NCBI GenBank assembly: GCA_027451665.1
Contig: DAIDIW010000001.1
Coordinates: forward strand, 5,354 to 69,353
DNA: 64,000 bases
Source: Candidatus Kaiserbacteria bacterium
Lineage (GTDB): Bacteria > Patescibacteriota > Minisyncoccia > Phycocordibacterales > Phycocordibacteraceae
Direction: 5' to 3'
The notes beneath the pieces are model-generated. The model was not told where the DNA came from, made no database searches, and worked only from the letters and a program-made list of their open reading frames with translations. The position numbers were made by a program, and so were the translations under genes. Below, in pieces: positions 56,053-64,000 of this stretch (positions are counted from its first letter, which is position 1; every line of letters begins with the position of its first letter).

Positions 56053-57277
56053 ATCCGAGGTATTTCCGCTTGAGTTTCTTCAGTTTGTCGGGGAGATAGG
56101 AGTCCTTTTCGTAGAACGAATAGCCTTTATGGAAGCCGAGCTCCTTCATGAGCTTCGTCGGCGCGTTCCTTACTTTCATTGGGATAGGCAGATTGCCGTG
56201 CTCTTTCACGTCACCCATCGCCTCCTGGTATGCGTCGTAGCTCTCGCGTGATTTCTGTGCGCACGCGAGGTACGCCGCGCCATGAGAGAGGTTTATCGCG
56301 CATTCAGGGTAGCCAATAGTCTCGCATGCGCGAAACACGCCGTTCGCGATCTGCAGGGCTACCGGATCGGCGAGACCCACATCCTCGCTCGCGAACACCA
56401 CCATCCGGCGCGCGATATAGAGAGGATCCTCCCCGGCTTCGACCATGCGCGCAAGGTAATAAAGCGCCGCATCCGGTTGCGACGCGCGCATGGACTTTAT
56501 GAACGCGCTTATGGTGTCATAGTGCTCCTCGCCCTTCTTGTCATAGCGCAGATGCGGGCTTTCGAGCGCCTTCGAGAGCGTCTCCTCGTTCACTTCCCCG
56601 TAGAGCGTTCGAGCGCCGTCAATGATACCGAGCGCCTTGCGGGCGTCGCCATTCGCGTATCCCACGAGCCAGGCGATCGCTGTCTCGCTCATCTCGCCGT
56701 CGGCGCGTCTTATGATTTGCGTTAGTTCATCATCCGAAAGCGGCTCGAGCACGAACACGCGGCAGCGCGAGAGAAGCGCCGGAATGACCTCAAACGAAGG
56801 ATTCTCCGTGGTCGCGCCAATGAGCGTAAGTTCCCCGCTCTCGACATACGGCAATAAGAAATCCTGCTGCGCTTTGTTGAACCGATGCAGCTCGTCGAGA
56901 AACAAAACCTTAGGTTTGGTTTCTCGAGCTTCGCGGGGCGAGGGGCCAGGGCCGAGTAGCGTTCCTTGCGCTTTATTTATCCGTTCTCGTTCCTCGTGCG
57001 TGGTCGGCCGGCCCTTCTCTACGATTTTGCGGATCTCGTCCTTCCCCGCCGAAACGGCGGAGAGCTCATGAAACTCCGCGTCGAGCGCCTCCGCATAGAT
57101 GCGCGCGATGGTCGTCTTTCCCGTGCCCGGAGGCCCCCACAATATGAACGAGAAGAGGTGCTTCTTCTCGAGAGCGATACGCAGCGGCTTTCCCGCACCT
57201 ACCAGATGACTTTGCCCGACAACTTCGTCGAACGTCCGGGGGCGGATACGTGACGCGAGCGGCTCCATGAGCGCCAT
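56051..57277 (-). CDS. rarA: Replication-associated recombination protein A (MgsA/RarA AAA+ ATPase)
   Basis: RPRTFDEVVGQSHLVG...ILWGPPGTGKTTIARI, and further downstream ...LFLDELHRFNKAQQD. Confidence 0.8.
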   Translation of the reverse strand: MALMEPLASRIRPRTFDEVVGQSHLVGAGKPLRIALEKKHLFSFILWGPPGTGKTTIARIYAEALDAEFHELSAVSAGKDEIRKIVEKGRPTTHEERERINKAQGTLLGPGPSPREARETKPKVLFLDELHRFNKAQQDFLLPYVESGELTLIGATTENPSFEVIPALLSRCRVFVLEPLSDDELTQIIRRADGEMSETAIAWLVGYANGDARKALGIIDGARTLYGEVNEETLSKALESPHLRYDKKGEEHYDTISAFIKSMRASQPDAALYYLARMVEAGEDPLYIARRMVVFASEDVGLADPVALQIANGVFRACETIGYPECAINLSHGAAYLACAQKSRESYDAYQEAMGDVKEHGNLPIPMKVRNAPTKLMKELGFHKGYSFYEKDSYLPDKLKKLKRKYLG

Positions 57278-57343
57278 GGTACGCCTCTCGACGGAAACCG
57301 GAAGTACCGTCTTTCACGTGAATAGAGATGGGCTGTGGTTGGG

Positions 57344-57415
57344 TGCGGGCGGCGGGAGTCGGACCCGCGTCTGTTGCTTGGAAGGCAACCATAATAGCCG
57401 TTATACGACGCCCGC
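57344..57415 (-). tRNA. tRNA-Gly(UCC)-like sequence with non-canonical D-arm and T-loop (possible pseudo-tRNA)
   Basis: The reverse complement reads GCGGGCGTCGTATAACGGCTATTATGGTTGCCTTCCAAGCAACAGACGCGGGTCCGACTCCCGCCGCCCGCA. Acceptor GCGGGCG/CGCCCGC (identical to E. coli glyT), perfect anticodon arm GTTGC-CTTCCAA-GCAAC, T-stem GCGGG/CCCGC but T-loop TCCGACT (C at position 55), and the D-stem does not pair in the standard register. Confidence 0.4.
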
Positions 57416-57501
57416 GATAGAGGCGAGGATACCACGGAATGCGCGGCTTTCGTAACGGCCTTCGCGTGAATTTTCCACGAATGTGCGCTAGCGTTACCGG
57501 C

Positions 57502-58662
57502 ATGGAACGCTTTACACCGTATCTCGGGGGCCTCGCCGTGCTCGCGATGATCGTCGTGCTTGCGATGGTGTCGAGTCGGGTGTCCCTGCGCACGGCTGCG
57601 CCGTCTACGTCGCACGTCTTTTCAACGGTCGTGGTGGTCCCGCGCTTCTCATTGCCGGTCGCCCATCTTCCTCCATTCGCGTCGTCTTCCTCCGAAACAG
57701 CGACCTCGGCACCGAAGATTAAGCATGAAACGCCGCCAGCGGAGCCTGTGAGGCATGCGTCGGCGTCGCTCGCAACGGCCGAAGGGCCTGCGCCTGCTCC
57801 TCTTCAGTCCTCCGTGCCGCTCTCTCCAAACACAGCACTGAACGCGGTAGCCTCGGAATTACGCAACGCGCTCGTGAATATCCTCTGCTATGCGCCTGCG
57901 GGTTCGAAGATTCATTCGATCTCCGGCAGCGGCGTCATCATCTCGTCTCAAGGCATCATTCTGACGAACGCGCATGTAGCGCAGTATTTCCTGCTCGCCG
58001 ATCAGGGCGTCTCTTGCGTCGTGCGTACCGGAAGTCCGGCGCGGGATGCGTACACCGCGGAGATCGCCTTCATATCGCCGGCGTGGGTGCACGCAAATGC
58101 CGCAGTTCTGAGCGAAGCCGCGCCGTCGGGCACCGGCGAGCATGACTACGCCTTCCTCGCGATTTCCGGCAGTGCGACCGAGGCGCCGGCCGCTGCGCCT
58201 TTCCCCTACCTCCCGCTCGCTGCCTATCCCCCGCAGGTCGGAGACGCCGTAGTCATTGGTTCCTATGGCGCACAATTCCTGCAAGCGGATCAGATCGAGC
58301 ATTCGCTCTTCCCCACCATCGTGTTCGGGAGCATAAAGGACAGGTATACGTTCAATGAAGACACGACCGACGTCATCTCGCTCGGCGGATCGGTCGCTGC
58401 GCAAGAAGGTTCTTCCGGCGGCGGCGTCGCGGAAGCCGATGGTGCGCTCGTGGGGACGATCACGACGAGCACGATCACTGGGTCAACCGCCTCGCGCTCG
58501 CTCGATGCAATCACCGCGTCCTATGTGCGGGGGGCGTTCGCGAGCGAGACAGGAAAACCGCTCGAATCGCTGCTTACGGAATCGACGACGACCGCAGTAG
58601 CCGACTTCGCAAGCGATGCGTCGGCGCTCGAATCGGTGCTGCTTGCCAGCCTCGGTTCCTGA
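57502..58662 (+). CDS. Membrane-anchored trypsin-like serine protease (S1 family)
   Basis: Start at MERFTPYLGGLAVLAMIVVLAMV (TM). GSGVIISSQGIILTNAHV (His), D in ...DYAFLAI and GSSGGGV (Ser) form the triad pattern. Confidence 0.65.
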   Translation: MERFTPYLGGLAVLAMIVVLAMVSSRVSLRTAAPSTSHVFSTVVVVPRFSLPVAHLPPFASSSSETATSAPKIKHETPPAEPVRHASASLATAEGPAPAPLQSSVPLSPNTALNAVASELRNALVNILCYAPAGSKIHSISGSGVIISSQGIILTNAHVAQYFLLADQGVSCVVRTGSPARDAYTAEIAFISPAWVHANAAVLSEAAPSGTGEHDYAFLAISGSATEAPAAAPFPYLPLAAYPPQVGDAVVIGSYGAQFLQADQIEHSLFPTIVFGSIKDRYTFNEDTTDVISLGGSVAAQEGSSGGGVAEADGALVGTITTSTITGSTASRSLDAITASYVRGAFASETGKPLESLLTESTTTAVADFASDASALESVLLASLGS

Positions 58663-58716
58663 ACAGGGAGCGTTGGCGCGGTACGTCGCTCGCGATGTTC
58701 AAAAGAGAGAGACCTG

Positions 58717-59186
58717 TTAGTATGCGGACATCCTAGGTTTGGTGAGCGTGGATCGACTGTTCAGTCGGGGTGTCGTATACCGGTAGTACGCATCCTTTGG
58801 GAGGATGATGACGGAGTTCGACTCTCCGCACCCCGACTGAGCAGTCGAAAGCGAGGCTTCAGACGATCTGAGGCAGGAAGCGCGCGAGCGCTCGGTCGTC
58901 TTCCTTGTGTACCCATACGAGCACGCCGTCGATCTGCCCTCATCCTCGAGGTCGTGCTCGGCCAAATACCACTCAGCCGTCCGCGCAACCTTGCGGATCT
59001 TCGCCTCGTACAGATTCCCCGAGGGAGGTCATACTCGTCCTCCTCTGATACCGTCTCGGGGAATGCTACACAGGTGACCGTCTTCACCTCCACGAAGTGT
59101 AGGACCCGATCCTTCCGAGCGATGAGGTCGGTCTTACGTGCGACGTTCCAGTCTATGATGCGGAATCCATGTCTGTGCAGATACAC
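58717..59186 (-). pseudogene. yraN: yraN-family (UPF0102, PD-(D/E)XK) endonuclease gene disrupted by two frameshifts
   Basis: Frame a: MYLHRHGFRIIDWNVARKTDLIARKDRVLHFVEVKT (YraN N-terminal pattern). Continuation in a second frame: LYEAKIRKVARTAEWYLAEHDLEDEG. A third frame gives QIDGVLVWVHKEDDRALARFLPQIV-stop. All three were read by hand. Confidence 0.45.
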
Positions 59187-59366
59187 GACGGCGACCTTTT
59201 CGCCTAGGTCCCGAGCACTTTCCTGTCCATTTCGGGCAGGGCCATGGCTTTAATCATAACGGCGCAGGTTGTGGATATTTCTGGGAATTACGTGCAAAAC
59301 TTTCGATAGGACTGTCCTTTATCCCCATATCCACTCTTTTATCAACAGTTATGCAATGGGTTTCCT

Positions 59367-59411
59367 ATAGTGCAAAAACGGCTTTGTAGAGCCGCTTTTG
59401 CACTATAGAAC
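59367..59411. repeat. Long nested hairpin CTATAGTGCAAAAACGGCTttgtagAGCCGcTTTTGCACTATAG (13-bp outer stem)
   Basis: Perfect inverted repeat in an AT-richer non-coding stretch, downstream (minus-strand sense) of the tRNA pair. Confidence 0.5.
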
Positions 59412-59477
59412 TAGCCATCCCGTCAAAATCCTCTCGTGAACCCTTGTGGACGAAGGAAAGGCCCCTCTGCTCCACTT

Positions 59478-59551
59478 TGGTGCGGCTAAGGAGAATCGAA
59501 CTCCTGTCTCGTCCTTGGCAAGGACGCGTTCTACCACTAAACCATAGCCGC
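59478..59551 (-). tRNA. tRNA-Gly (anticodon GCC), CCA encoded
   Basis: rc: GCGGCTATGGTTTAGTGGTAGAACGCGTCCTTGCCAAGGACGAGACAGGAGTTCGATTCTCCTTAGCCGCACCA. A clean cloverleaf with anticodon loop TTGCCAA. Confidence 0.85.
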
Positions 59552-59599
59552 GTGAGGCCTATATTCGCACATATACCACGTTCCTTCAATACGTTGTTG

Positions 59600-59672
59600 C
59601 GCGCCCGGCAGGACTTGAACCCACAACCCCCTCATCCGAAGTGAGGTGCTCTATCCATTGAGCTACGGGCGC
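59600..59672 (-). tRNA. tRNA-Arg (anticodon UCG)
   Basis: rc: GCGCCCGTAGCTCAATGGATAGAGCACCTCACTTCGGATGAGGGGTTGTGGGTTCAAGTCCTGCCGGGCGCG. Anticodon arm CCTCA-CTTCGGA-TGAGG. D-loop resembles the other Arg tRNAs in the window. Confidence 0.7.
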
Positions 59673-59687
59673 TTGCGTTAGCTAAGC

Positions 59688-60368
59688 CTACTGCCTTGCT
59701 CGGTAATCTTCAAGAAAGAGGTCGGTTAAGAACCCCATCTTCCTTCCATTCAAACCTCTCGTCAGTTCGAGTCGCGGACAACCTCGGTAATCTGGGCGCT
59801 TCTTGGCCAGACGGCTAGCCGGCTTGAACACCGTCTTCCTAAAATTAAAAAGTGGGATATTAAGCGTCTTCGCCCACCACTCCTCTTTTCGTTCATGAGC
59901 GACGGGCCTACGGGCGTACAGACGTATTCCAATGTCACCCCGAGGAATCTCAAAGTATTTCTCGAGCCAGTCCAACATAAGAATATGCGCATTTTCGTCC
60001 GAGTTCATAAAAAAGAATGCTCCCCCACTCCTTTTCGCCCCTTCGGCCCAATACAGGATGATTCCTGCCACAAAGAAAGGATCGCTCTTATGAGAAGCGT
60101 ACTTTGTTCTCATTTCCTCAAACATCTTCCGGTCTCGCTCCTCCCTGTCGGATCGGTGTGCGGCAGCAGCCTTTAGTCGCCCCTTTAACGCTCCTTCTGA
60201 TGTGCGATGTTTAAGGAGGCGTCTTTCTTCCTCCGACAGCGGCACGTCGCGGAGCCAAAGGGAAAGTGTGCTCCGCGCAACAGGTACTCGCTGCAAAATC
60301 TCGTTATAGCTGCAGCCCTTTTTTCGTAGCGCGACTGCGTAGGCCTTCTCCAGAACCTTGGGTGTCAT
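59688..60368 (-). mobile_element. Free-standing HTH + LAGLIDADG-like putative homing endonuclease gene in a low-GC patch
   Basis: N-terminal HTH (GCSYNEILQRVPVARSTLSLWLRD), then FFVAGIILYWAEGAK, which fits the LAGLIDADG nonamer with Glu at the catalytic position (G-I-I-L-Y-W-A-E-G). ~48% GC next to tRNA genes. Confidence 0.4.
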
Positions 60369-60428
60369 ATAAGTACTATATTAACGCAGTTCGGAAGAAA
60401 GTAGCCCTATCTGTGCTACGATTCCGCT

Positions 60429-61892
60429 ATGCAATTCCGCATTCCGGAAGAGGTGACAAAAGTCTCGGGCGGCCTTCGATCCGCTGGCTATGAGTCGTAC
60501 CTCGTGGGGGGCTGCGTGCGAGACCTCCTCATCGGGCGCGAACCAAAGGACTGGGATGTGACCACGAATGCTACTCCTAATGAGATTCAGAAGGTATTTC
60601 CCGAGTCCTTCTATGAGAATGACTATGGCACCGTAGGCGTGAAGACTGGGTCTTCCGACTCCCGTACGGAAATCATCGAGGTCACTCCTTACCGCCTTGA
60701 ATCAGAATATTCTGACCGTCGCCGCCCTGATACGGTCAAGTTCGGCACTTCCCTACCTGAAGACCTTGCACGCCGAGATTTCACAGTGAATGCGATTGCG
60801 CTCGATGAAGCAAAAGGACAGATCGTTGACCCGTATGAGGGCCAAAAGGACATAAAGGACAGAATGCTCCGCACGGTCGGCGATCCTGATGAGCGCTTCA
60901 ATGAAGACGCGTTGCGTATGATACGCGCCGTACGTCTCGTGGCTGAGCTCGGGTTCGGCATTGATGGGGTAACGGCAACGGCAATACATCAGAACAGTAA
61001 GTATCTTCGACACGTTTCACGTGAAAGAATACGGGATGAGCTTGTCAGGATACTTAAATCAGATCGGCCTATGGAGGCTCTCCTGCTCTGTAATCAGTTA
61101 AATATTCTGGAATATATCGTTCCGGATCTCATTCGCGGCATCGGCATCGAGCAAAACCAAGCGCATTCTTACGATGTCTTCGAGCACAATCTTCGGACGA
61201 TGCAGCATGCTGCGGATAAGGGGTGGGGCTTCGACGTCCGTCTTGCGGGTCTGTATCACGATATCTCGAAGCCCGAGACGCGTCGCTGGTCTGATGAGAA
61301 GAAAGACTGGACATTCCATGGGCATGACGTTGTTGGTTCACGTGTAACAAAAAAGGCGCTTGAGGAACTTCACTTTTCACGAGAAACCATTGAGAAGGTG
61401 ACGAAGCTGGTCCGCTGGCATATGTTCTTCTCTGATCCCGACCAGGTTACGCTCTCAGCTGTCCGCCGCATCATCACAAATGTCGGTACAGAGAATATAA
61501 GCGATCTGCTGAAGCTCCGGGTCTGCGACCGCATAGGTACGGGACGTCCGAAAGAGCAGCCCTTCCGCCTCCGAAAGTACATGGCGATGGTCGATCAGGC
61601 GCTCCGAGACCCGATTTCCGTGGCGATGCTTAAGACCGACGGAAGCCGCATCATTGAAAAGTTCGACGAGAAACCTGGACCGAAGATCGGTTTCCTGCTC
61701 CATGCGCTCCTAGAGGAAGTGCTCGATGATCCGCAGCGGAACACGGAGGACTACCTCGACAACCGAACAGAAGAACTTCTAAAGCTTCCGGAAACTGAGC
61801 TTAAGAAACTCGGAGAGGCTGGCAAGAAGGCCAGGGAAGCAAAGGAAGATGAGGAGGTGCGTCAAATCATGGAGAAGCACCACGTCTGCTGA
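60429..61892 (+). CDS. cca: CCA-adding tRNA nucleotidyltransferase with HD domain
   Basis: Polymerase-beta head (GGCVRDLLIGREPKDWDVTT), ...RDFTVNAIA, and an HD domain (LYHDISKP). Confidence 0.8.
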   Translation: MQFRIPEEVTKVSGGLRSAGYESYLVGGCVRDLLIGREPKDWDVTTNATPNEIQKVFPESFYENDYGTVGVKTGSSDSRTEIIEVTPYRLESEYSDRRRPDTVKFGTSLPEDLARRDFTVNAIALDEAKGQIVDPYEGQKDIKDRMLRTVGDPDERFNEDALRMIRAVRLVAELGFGIDGVTATAIHQNSKYLRHVSRERIRDELVRILKSDRPMEALLLCNQLNILEYIVPDLIRGIGIEQNQAHSYDVFEHNLRTMQHAADKGWGFDVRLAGLYHDISKPETRRWSDEKKDWTFHGHDVVGSRVTKKALEELHFSRETIEKVTKLVRWHMFFSDPDQVTLSAVRRIITNVGTENISDLLKLRVCDRIGTGRPKEQPFRLRKYMAMVDQALRDPISVAMLKTDGSRIIEKFDEKPGPKIGFLLHALLEEVLDDPQRNTEDYLDNRTEELLKLPETELKKLGEAGKKAREAKEDEEVRQIMEKHHVC

Positions 61893-61907
61893 AGCGAGAT
61901 GTTACAC

Positions 61908-61957
61908 GAGAAACGTCATGGATAGGTATCCACGGCGTTTCTCGTGTAACAGTAATA
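61908..61957. terminator. Long hairpin after cca: TGTTACACGAGAAACG-(tcaTGGATAggtATCCAcgg)-CGTTTCTCGTGTAACA
   Basis: 16-bp perfect outer stem with a nested inner stem. No obvious U-tract. Confidence 0.5.
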
Positions 61958-62295
61958 TGTGAAACATATATAAAAATGTAAGAAGACCGCCCACGGGTTG
62001 GCTAGGCGGTAAAGAGCGGGGGCTTTGATTGATGCCTAGGCCAGGAGAAATGGGGCGGTCTCTTGGATGTGCTTCACTGTAAGACGAATCCTGACTCATC
62101 TTGGTAAGAGCGGATACGCCGCGAGGACCGTTAGCAGGTTCGCAAACAGAGAAGATACGGATCGGAATGTGCTAGAAGGTACAACTCGAAAGAGAGGCGT
62201 CCGAAGGGCCGGACTCATCTCTCCTCCTTCACGTAGGATACTCGTATAAAAGACAAAGTAAATACGGCGCCTGTGGATATTGTCCTTTAGGTCCT

Positions 62296-63093
62296 TTAAG
62301 CGATATCAAGCGAGACAGGACAGTGGTCTGAGCCCATGATTTCTGGGTGGATATTTGCATCTGAAAGATGCTTTTCAAGTCGTTTGCTTGCGAAGATGTA
62401 GTCGATGCGCCAGCCGACGTTGCGTTCGCGCGCATGCTGCCAGTGCGTCCACCAAGTGTACTTCTTGGGCTCATCCGGATGGAAATGGCGGAATGTATCG
62501 ATGAATCCTGCCGCTTCTATGTTGTCAGCTCCCTCGCGTTCTTCCTTCGTGTAGCCGTGTTCGCCCTCATTCTGCTTAGGGTGTGCGAGATCGATAGGGT
62601 GGTGAGCGACGTTCAGATCGCCGCAGAAAATAACGGGTTTCTCCTCCTCGAGCTGCTTCATATAGGCCAGGAATGCAGGATCCCATTGTTTGTGGCGTAA
62701 GGGAAGGCGAGAAAGGTCTCCCTTGGAATTCGGAGTGTAGACGGACACCACCCAGAGCTTCCCGGTGTCGAGCGCGATGACGCGACCCTCCTCGTTCAAG
62801 TCCCCGTAGCCGTCGTCTGCAAGCTTGTATGCCTTAGCAAGATCGTTAGGAATCCCGTAAAGGACATTCTGAGGCGTACCCTTGTAAAAGATGGCCGTAC
62901 CGCTGTAGCCCTTCTTCTTGGCGGAATTCCAGAATTCCTCGTACTCAGGCAGGTCGATAGGAGACTGATGCTGCTCCGCCTTGGTCTCCTGAAGACAGAC
63001 GATGTCAGGTCGGAGCTTCTTCAACATAGGCTCGAAGTCTCCTTTCTTGCAGACCGCCCGGATGCCGTTTACGTTCCAGGAAACGATTCTCAT
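62296..63093 (-). CDS. xth: Exodeoxyribonuclease III (AP endonuclease)
   Basis: MRIVSWNVNGIRA...LQETK..., ...GDLNVAHH and ...SDHCPVSLDI are Xth motifs. Confidence 0.9.
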   Translation of the reverse strand: MRIVSWNVNGIRAVCKKGDFEPMLKKLRPDIVCLQETKAEQHQSPIDLPEYEEFWNSAKKKGYSGTAIFYKGTPQNVLYGIPNDLAKAYKLADDGYGDLNEEGRVIALDTGKLWVVSVYTPNSKGDLSRLPLRHKQWDPAFLAYMKQLEEEKPVIFCGDLNVAHHPIDLAHPKQNEGEHGYTKEEREGADNIEAAGFIDTFRHFHPDEPKKYTWWTHWQHARERNVGWRIDYIFASKRLEKHLSDANIHPEIMGSDHCPVSLDIA

Positions 63094-63150
63094 GCGTGTA
63101 TTCTAGCGCAGGGCTGAAAAGGGCCCGAGTAGTGCGACGCATGCGCCGCG

Positions 63151-64000
63151 TCAGTCCGAACGTGAATGGAATCTCTTGTGCACTTCTCGTAAATGGGCAT
63201 CCGTTACATGCGTATAGATCTGCGTCGTGTTGATCGAGGCGTGTCCTAAGAGCTGTTGCACCGAGCGGATATCGGCCCCGTTCGAAAGGAGATCAGTCGC
63301 GAAGGAGTGGCGCAGGACGTGGGGCGTCACTTTCTTTGTAATGCCGGCCATAGCCGCGTATTTCTTTATATGGCGCTGGATGTCCCTTGGCGCGATGCGA
63401 TGGGGGTGCTTGGGGCGGCCATCCACAAAGAGCGCTTCTTCCATATCCTTGCGCGCCTTGAGGTACGCGCGCACGGCATCTTTGGCAGCGTCGGAAACGA
63501 ACACGACGCGCACCTTCTCGCCCTTGCCGCGAACCGATAGATCATCACGAGAGAGGTCGAGGTCGTTATCGAGGCCACAGAGCTCGGAGACGCGCAGTCC
63601 CGTAGAAAAGAGGAGCTCGAGAATGGCCTTATCACGCAAATAGCTGAGCCGTTTCCATTCGTCCTTCTCCTTTACGAACGCCTCTGCGGGGGCACGAATA
63701 AGACGCGCGAGCTCGGAAGGGGAGATGAGGTCGAGCTGGCGCTCAGGGAGCTTTGCGAGCTCGATGCGCTCAGGGGAGATGCACTCGATACTGCGCTTCC
63801 GGAGGAATTTGAGGAACGCACGTAGCGCAATCATGTAGTAGTTCTGGGTACGCCGCTTCATAGAGTCCCGTCCGCTGCCAGGCTGGCGGTTCAACCACAT
63901 GCGGAAGTCGCGGATGCTCTGCTCGGAGATGTCGGCGACTTTCCGTATCTCCATCTGCGCGAAATAGCGCGTGAGATATCGGTCGTAATTCTCGACCGTC
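63151..64000 (-). CDS. xerD: Tyrosine recombinase XerC/XerD family, partial (N-terminus beyond window end)
   Basis: C-terminal catalytic region ...HVLRHSFATDLLSNGADIRSVQQLLGHASINTTQIYTHV (R..H..R..Y). The reading frame stays open upstream to the window edge (…TVENYDRYLTRYFAQMEIRK). Confidence 0.8.
   Translation of the reverse strand, partial: TVENYDRYLTRYFAQMEIRKVADISEQSIRDFRMWLNRQPGSGRDSMKRRTQNYYMIALRAFLKFLRKRSIECISPERIELAKLPERQLDLISPSELARLIRAPAEAFVKEKDEWKRLSYLRDKAILELLFSTGLRVSELCGLDNDLDLSRDDLSVRGKGEKVRVVFVSDAAKDAVRAYLKARKDMEEALFVDGRPKHPHRIAPRDIQRHIKKYAAMAGITKKVTPHVLRHSFATDLLSNGADIRSVQQLLGHASINTTQIYTHVTDAHLREVHKRFHSRSD

Noticed and set aside
61960-62270. RNase P RNA in the cca-xth intergenic region
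   Set aside because: There is a local resemblance (GGUAAGAGCGG), but the universally conserved P4 strands GGAAAGUCCGGGCU / ACAGAACCCGGCUUA are absent in either orientation. It is left as an unclassified candidate ncRNA.
1-64000. CRISPR arrays
   Set aside because: No run of regularly spaced direct repeats of 24-48 nt was seen anywhere. The only repeats are the isolated direct and inverted repeats listed above.

Overview
This 64 kb window comes from a GC-rich (~60-65%) bacterial chromosome. It is densely packed with housekeeping genes, and several lower-GC accessory patches interrupt them. The gene content fits a small-genome, CPR/Patescibacteria-like bacterium: a lamin-tail-domain protein, DUF3467, RNase Y, a site-2 protease, a Gram-positive-style T4SS (VirB4/PrgI/pilin) cluster, type IV pilus genes and very few metabolic genes (pgk, tpiA, ppa, sod). 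That assignment is inference only.

Core genes present: ruvA, ruvB, ruvC and yebC; dnaA and dnaN with rpmH-rnpA-yidC diverging from them (a candidate oriC region); polA, holA, tsaE, recJ, rnhA, xth, rarA, a partial xerC/D, nusA, rny, hup, clpP, cca, rpsT, rpmB, PBP1A and a murE-like ligase. There are two PilB-type ATPases plus pilC, two pseudopilins and a pilX-like gene. I read seven tRNA or tRNA-like genes by eye: three Arg isoacceptors (GCG, CCG, UCG), Lys(UUU), Gly(GCC) and a degenerate Gly(UCC)-like sequence.

Accessory content: (i) at the 5' end, a mosaic region holding a Type III R-M operon (excisionase-type HTH, mod, res), a HigB/HigA-like toxin-antitoxin pair, an orphan proteasome/HslV-like Ntn hydrolase and small hypothetical genes, all ending at a tRNA-Arg; (ii) a low-GC Type II R-M cassette (MTase plus PD-(D/E)XK REase) inserted beside tRNA-Lys and bracketed by 13-14 bp direct repeats; (iii) a low-GC patch beside a tRNA-Gly/tRNA-Arg pair that carries an HTH plus LAGLIDADG-like putative homing endonuclease and a frameshifted yraN pseudogene; (iv) a nine-gene T4SS-like operon in which the VirB4 ATPase is split by a single in-frame TAA stop. 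No CRISPR array was seen. Several intergenic regions have long-range pairing potential and may encode structured RNAs. All calls were made by reading the sequence; no searches were run.
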